Positions 29,051 to 38,382 of a stretch of DNA of 64,000 nt are shown in pieces. This DNA is from Candidatus Yanofskybacteria bacterium RIFCSPHIGHO2_01_FULL_43_32 (GTDB lineage: Bacteria; Patescibacteriota; Minisyncoccia; 2-02-FULL-40-12; GWA2-44-9): assembly GCA_001794125.1 (NCBI GenBank), contig MGJF01000002.1, positions 172,514 through 236,513 of the forward strand, given 5' to 3'. Each line of letters starts with the position of its first letter. Position 1 is the first letter of the stretch. The translations under genes and the position numbers were made by a program. The notes under the pieces were generated by a model, which worked only from the letters and a program-made list of their open reading frames with translations, searched no databases and was not told the DNA's origin.

Positions 29051-29515
29051 ATGCCAGTCTTGAATATCGGTAGCAAGTCAGACGACTGGCGTGCCTGTCG
29101 CTTGAGCAATTTTTCAGCCGATGCTTTTGTGCTTGATGGAGAAAGAATGGCTTCTGTTGAGGGGTTCATTCAGGGGACGAAATTTCCTGATGGACACCCG
29201 ACTCGACAGCAGATATTTCAATCCGTCGGCGTAGAGGCAAAGCGGTTCGGAAAAAAGGCCGAGCGAAAGTTCGTCTGGTGGAATGGTCGAGCCATCTCCT
29301 ACGGCTCACCTGAACATCACGAACTCATCGAGAGGGCTATCCGTGCAAAGTTCGAACAGAATACAACCGCAATGGATGCTCTTCTGGCAACCAGGGGAAT
29401 GATACTAACGCATGACCTTGGCCATCCAGACCCGCCGAACACATCACTTCCAGCCAAAGTCTTCTGCGACATCCTGACCAGGATTCGTGAGGAGACTCTC
29501 CGGGCCCGTAAGTAG
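29051..29515 (+). CDS. NADAR-superfamily protein (phage T4 gp30.3-like)
   Basis: LSNF..AFVLDG...SVEGFIQGTKF, AKFEQN, LLAT. SD GAGGAGG. Confidence 0.7.
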   Translation: MPVLNIGSKSDDWRACRLSNFSADAFVLDGERMASVEGFIQGTKFPDGHPTRQQIFQSVGVEAKRFGKKAERKFVWWNGRAISYGSPEHHELIERAIRAKFEQNTTAMDALLATRGMILTHDLGHPDPPNTSLPAKVFCDILTRIREETLRARK

Positions 29516-29620
29516 CGAAAGCGAAAGCGGGCTTTGTCATTTTAATATTAAGCAAGCGTAGCTCTTGCAACTTTATTTCATTTCTACCTTGAATCTTGCT
29601 TATTAATTATCAGCTATAAA

Positions 29621-29712
29621 CTTAAACAACCGGCGGAGGGTGTGCCCCTTTATAAAATTAGCAAGATTTTAGAAAGGGGCACACCGCAGCACGCATGGAG
29701 GTTGTGTGAGCA
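29621..29712 (+). repeat. Dispersed structured repeat, copy 3
   Basis: CAACCGGCGGAGGGTGTGCCCCTTT..AAAATTAGCAAGATTTT..AAAGGGGCACACC-GCAG..GCATGGAGGTTGTGTGAGC. Confidence 0.85.
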
Positions 29713-29763
29713 ATTGAAATAAGGTGCTGGGTGGAGCGATTTTTTTTATGATATAATGAACCA

Positions 29764-30039
29764 ATGGGATTTTTCTTTAATACAAAACCGAAGGCAACAA
29801 AAGAGGAGTTCCAAAAAGTCAGGAACTATCTTTATTCGATGGGCTTTACTCACAAAGAACTGGAGCGAATCAAGGAGATTTTCCGTTCGGATCTGGATGA
29901 GTCCGCGAGTTATGAGCGAGGGATTTCCGGCGAAGAAATTGACAAAGGAATCCAATGGATGAGAGCCAATGTGAATATCCATCACATCTCTGCGTCTAAA
30001 ATAGATATTTTAGAGAAAGCCCTCAAGTCAAAGTTGTAA
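29764..30039 (+). CDS. Hypothetical protein
   Basis: Upstream TGnTATAAT, plausible amino-acid composition. Confidence 0.7.
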   Translation: MGFFFNTKPKATKEEFQKVRNYLYSMGFTHKELERIKEIFRSDLDESASYERGISGEEIDKGIQWMRANVNIHHISASKIDILEKALKSKL

Positions 30040-30042
30040 TAA

Positions 30043-30071
30043 ATCCCTCACCTTTCGGAAAGGTAAGGGAT
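30043..30071. repeat. Palindromic element CCTCACCTTTCGGAAAGGTGAGG family (also 37787-37815 and 51980-52008)
   Basis: Three near-identical 29-bp palindromes. Confidence 0.8.
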
Positions 30072-30095
30072 AAAAATCCCCGCCATGGCGGGGTC

Positions 30096-31205
30096 TTATT
30101 GAATGGCAAGCATTCTCTCTATCGGTATACGGGCTTGTCTGGCAAGTTCGGGGTCAACGGTTATCTCATGTTTCATATCCCGCAGCGATTCGTATAGGTT
30201 GCGCAAAGTGTTCTGTTCCATGAAAGCGCAGCGGGCTTCCGGATTGGCAGGAATGAATTCTTTGTCCGGAGCAACTTTGGACATTGGATAAATATTTGTC
30301 ACCGTAGTTGCAACTATGATTTTTTTCTGGGGAGTTTTCTTTAGGAACTCCATCATGCCCCAAGTTGAACGAAGCTGCATCATCTCTTCTGTGACAAGTC
30401 CTTGGTCAAGCAGGGTCATGCATTTTGATACACAACCGCATTCCATGTGGGCGACAACGGCGGCATCGGGATGAAGCGCTCTTTGCCTCATGACCTGGTG
30501 GGCGGTTATCTTTTCATGGACATGGCAGGCGCCCATCATAAGGTAGAGACGGTCTGTTGTTTGACCCACCTTCTCAAGAGTTTTGGCGGCATAATAACCC
30601 AGAAAAACATCGGGCAGAAAAAGCAACGGACTTTCTGGATAAAGCTCTGCCATATACCGGATTACCTTAGCCGCATTTGCGGAAGCGCAGCAAATATCGC
30701 TTATAGCCTTGATATCTAAATAAGTGTTGACATAGCTTATGACCTTTCCGTCCGGATGGGCCTCTTTCCATGCTTTTACTTTATTTACATCGGCATGAGC
30801 GGCCAGAGAACAAAGGGCTTTTAAACTTGGGGCCAGCACTTTCTGATGCGGTTTTTTCATGACCGCCAATATCTCATTCATGAAAAGCACGGATGCTTCT
30901 ATCAAAACATCGGCATCGGAATCTCTGCCTATCTTGGCAAGGTGAAGCGAATCGCCAATAAAATCTGCCGCATCTTGTACATCCGGCGGTTCGTAATTGT
31001 GAGCCAGAATAAGGACATTTTTTTCTTTTTTCAGACGCTTAATCTCGCCATTTAACAACGCCCGTTCATCAAATGAAACATTTGCAGGATTGGCACAGGT
31101 TGGGATAGGAGGCACTTCAATTGGCGGTCCCAAATCTACTCCGGAGATCATTTCAATAGCCTCTCTTGCCGGAAGAATATCGCCCGGCAATACCAATTTA
31201 TTCAC
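30096..31205 (-). CDS. nadA: Quinolinate synthase
   Basis: ILAHNY, GDSLHL, CSLA, YVNT, FLPD, GACHVH, AHMEC, third Cys in RCAFM. Confidence 0.9.
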   Translation of the reverse strand: MNKLVLPGDILPAREAIEMISGVDLGPPIEVPPIPTCANPANVSFDERALLNGEIKRLKKEKNVLILAHNYEPPDVQDAADFIGDSLHLAKIGRDSDADVLIEASVLFMNEILAVMKKPHQKVLAPSLKALCSLAAHADVNKVKAWKEAHPDGKVISYVNTYLDIKAISDICCASANAAKVIRYMAELYPESPLLFLPDVFLGYYAAKTLEKVGQTTDRLYLMMGACHVHEKITAHQVMRQRALHPDAAVVAHMECGCVSKCMTLLDQGLVTEEMMQLRSTWGMMEFLKKTPQKKIIVATTVTNIYPMSKVAPDKEFIPANPEARCAFMEQNTLRNLYESLRDMKHEITVDPELARQARIPIERMLAIQ

Positions 31206-31335
31206 AGACCCACTCCATTGTTAGTGTGCTATTTGTGCAATATCATGAATTAATAAAAGAGTAATGTCAAACACGAATTGACAATAAATTTAAGTTTGAG
31301 ATACTCTATTCAGATTTTTTGAAAAAGGACGAAAC

Positions 31336-31887
31336 GTGAATAAAAAGTCAGCTTCTTCCGCAAAATTGAATAATCAGGAGATCTTGTACCTGCTTCTTTA
31401 TTTTGCTACAGATGAAGGCAGAGAACTGTTGCCTGAAAGATGGCAATTTCTTACTTCAGAGGTAGCCGGCGGATTGGTGGAATATTTAACTAATCAAGAG
31501 TTTAAGGCTACTTACGCCCGTTCTCGTGGCATGGAAGATTGGGGCTCGTATGTTAACAAAGAAGTAGAAAAAGCCATTGCCGAACACGGAGACAAGATAT
31601 GTCCGGAACTTGCTTCGGTTTTGAAATCAATGCTTCGTTTTGAATGGAGTCATGACCATGGCGAAAGTTGGAGTGATAATCAGATTAGGAATATTATGCT
31701 TTTTGGGCGAGGACCAATAATGTCCAGAACATTTGCTTTGACCGTTCCCGATGCTGCCGACGTTAAAGACAAGATCGTTCCCTTGCTGGGTCCGGCAATT
31801 CTGGAACCATGCCGTCAGATTGCTGAACTTATGAAAAAATATATCAAGCAAGATCTGGAGTTCATGGATGAACACCGCATGTCTTAA
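31336..31887 (+). CDS. Hypothetical protein
   Basis: Own promoter-like TTGACA, SD-like AAGGA, downstream hairpin terminator. Confidence 0.7.
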   Translation: MNKKSASSAKLNNQEILYLLLYFATDEGRELLPERWQFLTSEVAGGLVEYLTNQEFKATYARSRGMEDWGSYVNKEVEKAIAEHGDKICPELASVLKSMLRFEWSHDHGESWSDNQIRNIMLFGRGPIMSRTFALTVPDAADVKDKIVPLLGPAILEPCRQIAELMKKYIKQDLEFMDEHRMS

Positions 31888-31939
31888 TCCACATCAAGGT
31901 GGATTTTTTTGTTTTTAAGATGAATGTTATACTTAATGT

Positions 31940-32896
31940 ATGGAATTTACAGAATCTATTAAAAGTTTACAAAAACAGCTTCAATATCAGCCGGAATTGG
32001 TCAATGGTAATAAGTTGGGAAAGTATGAGAGATTTATTTTTGTGGGTATGGGCGGGTCGGCTTTGGGGCCGGATCTGTTAAGAATTTCCAATCCTGAACT
32101 GGATATTTTAATTCACAGAGATTACGGCTTGCCTGACCTGCCCGATAAGGTGCTCCAAAATAGTTTAATAGTTTTAAATTCTTATTCCGGGAATACGGAA
32201 GAGGTTTTGGATGCATTCAAATTGGCGCTGGGTAAAGGCCTCTCTGTGGTGGCAGTTTCCGTCGGCGGCAAGTTGCTTGAACTGGCCCGCCAGAATTCAT
32301 TTCCTTATGTAAAGATGCCTGATTGGGGGCTTGAGCCGAGATTGGCTTTAGGACTTAATTTAAGGGCCTTGCTGAAGGTGTTGGGACAGGATGAGGTGTT
32401 AGATACTATTCCCAAGATTAGAATGGAAGATTTTGAAAAAAAGGGTAAAAAACTGGCTGATAAATTAAGAGGATTTGTACCGATTATTTACTCATCAAGA
32501 AAAAATGGTCCAATTGCCTATGCCTGGAAAGTTAAAATCAACGAAACAGCAAAGAAACCGTCATTTTCAAATGTTTTTCCGGAATTAAATCACAACGAAA
32601 TGGCGGGTTTTCACGTCAACAATGTATCCAAGCTTCTTTCCCAAAATTTCCACTTTGTTTTTTTTAGAGATGAGACCGATAATCCAAGAATTTTAAAGAG
32701 AATGGAAGTAACGGCCGAGTTGTTTCAAAAACATAAATTAAACGTGGAAACCGTAGAACTGGCGGGGGACGATGTCTTCACTAAAATATTTTCTTCTCTG
32801 CAACTGGCCGACTGGGTCTCATATTACATCGCCAAGGAATACGGCATTGACCCGGCGGACACCTCCGCCATTGAAGAGTTCAAAAAATCTATTTAG
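31940..32896 (+). CDS. Bifunctional phosphoglucose/phosphomannose isomerase (SIS domain)
   Basis: GMGGSAL, SYSGNTEE, PELNHNEM. Confidence 0.92.
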   Translation: MEFTESIKSLQKQLQYQPELVNGNKLGKYERFIFVGMGGSALGPDLLRISNPELDILIHRDYGLPDLPDKVLQNSLIVLNSYSGNTEEVLDAFKLALGKGLSVVAVSVGGKLLELARQNSFPYVKMPDWGLEPRLALGLNLRALLKVLGQDEVLDTIPKIRMEDFEKKGKKLADKLRGFVPIIYSSRKNGPIAYAWKVKINETAKKPSFSNVFPELNHNEMAGFHVNNVSKLLSQNFHFVFFRDETDNPRILKRMEVTAELFQKHKLNVETVELAGDDVFTKIFSSLQLADWVSYYIAKEYGIDPADTSAIEEFKKSI

Positions 32897-33323
32897 GACA
32901 CACCAGTTTGCATTGGGAAGGGATGTTGGTGGGGTCGGGTTGGGGCGTTGCGTTTAAATTGAGGACTTTGTCTATAAGAGATTCGACAATGCCTTTGTCG
33001 TCTTTTTCCAGAGTTGCAAGGTTGGTTATCAAACTTTTAGAACCGTTGAAAGCCTCAACGGCTTTTTGGATAATTGCTTTGTTTGCCGGTGAAATTGTTT
33101 CTGAGCTCAACAGCGCCGGAGCGGTTTCAGAAAAAAATTTATCCATGTTCTGATAATCGGAGCTGATATTGTCTATAAGAATTTCTCGGGCGGTTTTGGG
33201 AAACAAGGTCTGGTTGACCTTTTCTTTTGCCTGGCCCAAAAAGTCGCCGACAATATTACTCCCGCCGCCAAAGGACGAAAATATTACGGCCAAAATCAGG
33301 AATAAACCTATAATATAAGGCAT
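32889..33323 (-). CDS. Hypothetical exported/membrane-anchored protein
   Basis: N-terminal hydrophobic segment, C-terminal Cys pair. Confidence 0.7.
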   Translation of the reverse strand: MPYIIGLFLILAVIFSSFGGGSNIVGDFLGQAKEKVNQTLFPKTAREILIDNISSDYQNMDKFFSETAPALLSSETISPANKAIIQKAVEAFNGSKSLITNLATLEKDDKGIVESLIDKVLNLNATPQPDPTNIPSQCKLVCPK

Positions 33324-33341
33324 AAAAAATTTTCACTGCGT

Positions 33342-34856
33342 TTAAAATGCCGGTCTGTAATCAGCAGGACATGTAGGCGCATTTGGACAAGCGGTTGCCC
33401 TCCATGTCGGAGTATTTGCGCCACCCCCGTCAATCAAAACGTCATATATATAACCGTCGGGAAAAGCAATGATATCCGTGGCAAAACCCTGGCACATATT
33501 ACCTCCTGATTTACTTAGAAGCCCGGCTCCTAATCCTTTAGCTGCTTCGTTCACGATTGCAAATGCTCCGCAAGGGCCCGATAGGTCAATGCCTTGTGTC
33601 TGCAAATTAGCTTTTGCTTGTGCTATTACAGCAGTACCATCGCCATGCTTAGTTCTGGCATCTGCCGGCGGAAATGAACCCGCTCCGCCAGTTGTTGGAG
33701 TCGATGCAGACGGAGCTTTCCCCAACCCCGGCAAGTTAAAAGTGTTTTTAACAAAGTCGGGGTTAATGGTGTATAAAATCAAATAGGAAGACAAGAGGAG
33801 AATTGCCCCGAATATCGCATTAGTCATATGCTGTCTTGCCTCGCCGGTCTTAACGGTGTTTCCCGCGGCTGTCAGATATAAAAATCCGGAATAGAAAAAC
33901 ATCACGAATACCGAAATGCCCAATATACCCAAAGACCAGGTGAATATCTGCTGGATAAGCTGTCCCAGATTAGTCGGAAGGCCCTTGGTTGGAACAGGGG
34001 GCGAAACCGGGTTTAAAAAGGGCGGACCTCCCACTTTGACGGTCAAACTCTGAGTTGAAGTCGCGGTACCCTTGGAATTGGTAACGCTTATTTTATAAGT
34101 CCCTTGGGCAATATCCGAAGGCACTTCAAAAGTGCTTGTGGTGAGCTGATTATCAGCCGAACTTTCCACATCTCTGCTCGTGCTTCCGGCCACAAGTTTT
34201 ATCTTATTGCTTAGATTTGTGCCATATACTTCAACGCTCTGACCCGGAACGGCTGAAGTCGGATTGAACCCTGTTATGACCGGCGGAACGGCGGGCACTG
34301 TCGGAAGGTTCGAAGGTTGAATTGGCGGTTGAGTCCCACCACCTCCACCGGAACTATAAGGCCAAGTAACGACTACTATATCGGAACGTTCTGTCACTGT
34401 TCGGACATCGTCCCGAGCCCGAGCGCTCATCATAAAACCAATTTGGTCGCCTTGTTGGGGAACCCAGGAAGAATCCAAGGGTGGAATACGAATCTGGTCT
34501 TTGCCTATTTCAATAGCAGTCATTCCTTTGCATTGCTGGCCGACGCGGAGCCAGTCCCATGTGGCGCCATGCCATTGGCCGTTGATCTTTGCAAAAATCC
34601 AAGGATTGCCTTCTATCTGAATTGTGTCGAATTGTGAAGGCGGCCATTGCCCGGCTTTTGTGTGGTAGATGCAAATAGTGTCGGAGGTAATGTCTACTTT
34701 GGTGATAGTTGAGGTCACGCTCCAGCCACCGACGTTAGTGTGAAGCCAGTTGATGCTTGCGGGGCTAATATCGTCCGCAAGAACAACAGGTGTGTTTAAA
34801 ACATAAAAAACACCCGACAAGACCAGAAGAGACAAAAGAAAAATTTTCTTATTCAT
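33342..34856 (-). CDS. Multidomain exported protein with IPT/TIG-like and VirB2/TrbC-like pilin domains
   Basis: Signal peptide, PVITGFNPTS..GQSVEVYGTN, GFLYLTAAGN..ARQHMTNAIFG..ILYTINP. Confidence 0.75.
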   Translation of the reverse strand: MNKKIFLLSLLVLSGVFYVLNTPVVLADDISPASINWLHTNVGGWSVTSTITKVDITSDTICIYHTKAGQWPPSQFDTIQIEGNPWIFAKINGQWHGATWDWLRVGQQCKGMTAIEIGKDQIRIPPLDSSWVPQQGDQIGFMMSARARDDVRTVTERSDIVVVTWPYSSGGGGGTQPPIQPSNLPTVPAVPPVITGFNPTSAVPGQSVEVYGTNLSNKIKLVAGSTSRDVESSADNQLTTSTFEVPSDIAQGTYKISVTNSKGTATSTQSLTVKVGGPPFLNPVSPPVPTKGLPTNLGQLIQQIFTWSLGILGISVFVMFFYSGFLYLTAAGNTVKTGEARQHMTNAIFGAILLLSSYLILYTINPDFVKNTFNLPGLGKAPSASTPTTGGAGSFPPADARTKHGDGTAVIAQAKANLQTQGIDLSGPCGAFAIVNEAAKGLGAGLLSKSGGNMCQGFATDIIAFPDGYIYDVLIDGGGANTPTWRATACPNAPTCPADYRPAF

Positions 34857-34936
34857 ATTGGCTATCCAAATTATACAAGATTAGCGGCGCAAAGTCATTA
34901 GGTAATTATCCACTTTTTTGGTATTATTTTATAAAG

Positions 34937-36334
34937 ATGATTTTTGGGAAACCTCTCAATTTTTTTGTAATTTTGGCGGCTGTTTTAGCGGCCACTTTGT
35001 GTTTTGGCACGGCCAGTGCGGTTCTCGGAGTGGGCTCCCGCATCGCCGTGATAGCGGCGACAACAAGCGGAAATTCTGTCGTACAGGACGAGATACGGGA
35101 ACGCAATAAGCAGATAGAGGAACTTCAAAGACAAATAGAGGAATACCAGATCCAAGCCGACAGCTCGAGGACTAAATCCAAGACTCTGGAAAACGAGATT
35201 GCCCGTCTGAATGCCGAGATCAATCAGGTTCAGCTTGAGATAAGGTCCCTCAATCTATCCATCAACAAGACAGGCGCGGAGATAGGGGAAACGGAAAGAC
35301 AGATCAACGAAGCTACGGCCAAAATGGAGAAGCATAAGCAGGCATTAGCCCAATATCTCAAGCTTGCTTACGAAAATGACCAGAAAACGCTTACAGAAAT
35401 ACTCTTAAAGAACGAAAACATTTCGGATTTTTTCAATGAGCTAAATAATTTAAGCGCGACCCAAGATAATCTCCAGATGACCATCAAAGACATCAAGGGA
35501 TTGAGGGCCGAACTGAATGACCATCAGGAGCAGTTGGAAGACAAGCAGACCGAGCTTGAACGAGCCAGGCGGTTGCAGGAAATAGAGAAGCGCTCTCTCG
35601 ATTCGACCAAATCTGGACAAAATAAGCTTTTGAAGGAAACTAAGGGCCAGGAATCCAAATATCAAGATTTGGTAAAAAAAACTCAAAAAGATATTGAGGC
35701 ATTAAAAAACCAGATTAGCTATTTGATACAAAACGGGGTTTCGGCGGAAGAGGCGGTAAAATATGGTCATCTTGCTGCTATCGGAGCCGGTATTCGCCCG
35801 GAGTATCTTCTTGCTGAACTTGAATTGGAAAGCGCAACGGGAAACAACGTCGGAAAATGTTACATAATAGATACCACCAGCGGTTCTACGCGGAGCATAG
35901 TGAACGGACACGTTTATTCTAAAGGGATACATCCGACCAGAGACTTGGCTTTGTTTTTAAATATTACATCTGAACTTGGCAAAGATCCGTTTCAAACACC
36001 GGTTTCTTGTGCTCAGGGTTGGGGAGGTGCTATGGGTATAGCCCAGTTTATTCCGTCTACTTGGATGGGGTATCGGGATGTGGTTTCTCGAATTACCGGA
36101 CATGATTTACCGAATCCATGGAATATTGAGGATGCTATTACTGCTGCTGCAGCCAAACTTTCAAAAGATGGAGCCAGCAGCAAGACCGTTACCGGTGAAA
36201 TAGCAGCATCAAGGAGATATTATTGCGGGAGTTCCGTGAAAACAAGCTTGATGAGCTCATCGCGTTGGGCGAGTTGTGTTAATTACGCCAACTCTGTTCA
36301 GCGTCTCGCCACGGAAATCGCCAAAAATTTGTAA
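34937..36334 (+). CDS. Coiled-coil (CwlO/PcsB-like) protein with a C-terminal lytic transglycosylase domain
   Basis: Long coiled coil, LELES catalytic Glu region, GGAMGIAQFIPSTW, PNPWNIEDA. Confidence 0.8.
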   Translation: MIFGKPLNFFVILAAVLAATLCFGTASAVLGVGSRIAVIAATTSGNSVVQDEIRERNKQIEELQRQIEEYQIQADSSRTKSKTLENEIARLNAEINQVQLEIRSLNLSINKTGAEIGETERQINEATAKMEKHKQALAQYLKLAYENDQKTLTEILLKNENISDFFNELNNLSATQDNLQMTIKDIKGLRAELNDHQEQLEDKQTELERARRLQEIEKRSLDSTKSGQNKLLKETKGQESKYQDLVKKTQKDIEALKNQISYLIQNGVSAEEAVKYGHLAAIGAGIRPEYLLAELELESATGNNVGKCYIIDTTSGSTRSIVNGHVYSKGIHPTRDLALFLNITSELGKDPFQTPVSCAQGWGGAMGIAQFIPSTWMGYRDVVSRITGHDLPNPWNIEDAITAAAAKLSKDGASSKTVTGEIAASRRYYCGSSVKTSLMSSSRWASCVNYANSVQRLATEIAKNL

Positions 36335-36406
36335 TTTAACATTATTAAAAATTATGGTAGTTTGGTTCTATGTAATTTAACAATTTTAAGGTAGAATAAA
36401 ACGGTA

Positions 36407-37735
36407 ATGAGCATGAATTCAAAACTTAACCTCCTTCTTTTTTTGTTGGCTATTTTTGGCGTCGCCGTGTTTTCCCAAAAACTAAATGCCGGAAACATAA
36501 TTCCCGACAAAACAATAATCGTCAGCGGGTCGGTTTTTTCTATTGTCCAAAATTGGAACCTGTCTGAAAAAATAGAAGAAGGCAAAAAACTTCTGGAAAA
36601 TTCTCCGCTACTGCAATTTGAAGAGTCGCCGCAAAACGATAAAAAGGGCAGGGTTATAAAGAAAAAAGGTCAACCCGTCATGGAAATGGTTAGAAAACAA
36701 ATTGCGCTGGCTGTACTGGATACCGAAACAGGGGAAGTGTTTGAAAAAAGATACTGGCTTAATATAACCGAAATAAACAAAGCAAGCGAATTAAGAAAAA
36801 AATATCTGGATAATCCGGAAAAACTTCCAAGATTTCAGTCCGAAAATTCCGATGAAGAATTCATAGCCGTTAGCAATTGGTGGAATAGCTTCAACTCCGA
36901 TATTTCAGTAGCCAGAAAGGGAACCGTAAGCGGCCGTTATGTGGTTGTAGTTAATAAATATCTGATGGCCAATGATGACCTGGTTTATCCGGAAGAAAGA
37001 ACTGGCGCAAAATATTCCGACATCGTTTATGCGCCGCACTCCAAAGATATTCAGGATTTGATGATAATCGCTTCCGGAAAGGATTTTATAAACAAGAGCG
37101 TTCAGCAGGCGTTTAATGAATTGACTCAAGCAGGCGTTATGTCAAGAGCTTTCCCCGGCAAATTGGTTACCGATACCATCAGTCCGACATTCGTCAAAAA
37201 CATACTTATCAACGAGCAGGCCGATCCAAAATTGACTTTGGCATCCGCCGATAGCGCTAAATATCAGGCAGAAAGGGTTTTGGTCCGTTATGGTGCGAAT
37301 AAAGAAAAAACTTTTCGATATACCGTCTCAAAAACAGGCGCATCCGGTCCCGCCCAGATTATGCCTCAAACTTATTCTTATCCAAAAAAGGGAACGGGCG
37401 TATTGCAAGCATATATCGGTGCGAACTTAATAAAAGACATAGATATCGGCAGAGTGGATATGGTTAACGCCATTAAAGCTCAAATCCTTGTGTTTGACGA
37501 CCACATGGTTTATGTGATCCAAAAAGTTAATAACAGCGGATCAAAGGCTAAAAAAGTGTTTGCCGGCTTATCTCCGGACCAATTAGATGAGGTTAGGGCC
37601 ATGATATATAACGGCGGGCCGAATAAATATAACACTGCCACCGGAGGATTGAATTTGAAAGCCCGGGGAATAAAGGAAACACTCCCGTTTGTTCAAAAAT
37701 TCAGAGCAATCAGGGAACTAAACCTTTTTCAATAA
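36407..37735 (+). CDS. Exported protein with an SLT/lysozyme-like domain
   Basis: INEQ, SKTGASGPAQIMPQT, IYNGGP. Confidence 0.65.
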   Translation: MSMNSKLNLLLFLLAIFGVAVFSQKLNAGNIIPDKTIIVSGSVFSIVQNWNLSEKIEEGKKLLENSPLLQFEESPQNDKKGRVIKKKGQPVMEMVRKQIALAVLDTETGEVFEKRYWLNITEINKASELRKKYLDNPEKLPRFQSENSDEEFIAVSNWWNSFNSDISVARKGTVSGRYVVVVNKYLMANDDLVYPEERTGAKYSDIVYAPHSKDIQDLMIIASGKDFINKSVQQAFNELTQAGVMSRAFPGKLVTDTISPTFVKNILINEQADPKLTLASADSAKYQAERVLVRYGANKEKTFRYTVSKTGASGPAQIMPQTYSYPKKGTGVLQAYIGANLIKDIDIGRVDMVNAIKAQILVFDDHMVYVIQKVNNSGSKAKKVFAGLSPDQLDEVRAMIYNGGPNKYNTATGGLNLKARGIKETLPFVQKFRAIRELNLFQ

Positions 37736-38332
37736 CAAATCATGGATTTCTTTCCAAGATTTAACTCTGGCATAGCCGGAGTTTTTATACCTCACCTTTC
37801 GGAAAGGTGAGGTATTTTTAAATACACCTAAAGGATCAAAAAGTATCTTATTTGGTACAGAACGGAGTACGTCTAAAACTTTTTGTTCATCGTCTATGTA
37901 GTGGGTGATTCCAAGTGCTTTGGCTTTTATTTCCTTATCTTCCGGTTCCAACACGAAAAAAGTATTTTGTCTATTAAAGTATTTGGGCCAAAGACCATGC
38001 TTAGTTAAAAGTGTTATTGCAGTTTCTTCTTTTTTGCGTCTGGATATTAAAAAATAGGGGATTTTTAATTTTTGTATTTTAGTCAGGGTAACTTTAACTC
38101 CCGGCATAAGGGGTGAAAACAAAGCCGTCTTGGGCTCATCGTATAAAACTCTTTGAAAATTCCGATAGGTTGCTAAGGGGGTTATAAGTTTTTTGATTAT
38201 TTCTGAAGGAGTTTCCGTTTTTTTTATTTTGAAACCAAAATTTTTGGCCAAATCAACCTTTCTCTGGGCATGGTCAACAATAACCCCGTCCATATCGAAT
38301 CCTATTATTTTTTTATCCACTTGTGATTTCAT
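37718..38332 (-). CDS. HAD-superfamily hydrolase (5'-nucleotidase-like)
   Basis: GFDMDGVIVD, LISRR, YIDDE. Confidence 0.8.
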   Translation of the reverse strand: MKSQVDKKIIGFDMDGVIVDHAQRKVDLAKNFGFKIKKTETPSEIIKKLITPLATYRNFQRVLYDEPKTALFSPLMPGVKVTLTKIQKLKIPYFLISRRKKEETAITLLTKHGLWPKYFNRQNTFFVLEPEDKEIKAKALGITHYIDDEQKVLDVLRSVPNKILFDPLGVFKNTSPFRKVRYKNSGYARVKSWKEIHDLLLKKV

Positions 38333-38382
38333 GGTTATCACATATACTAAACAAAGTTTTGCTTTTTTACAACGAGGTTGCT

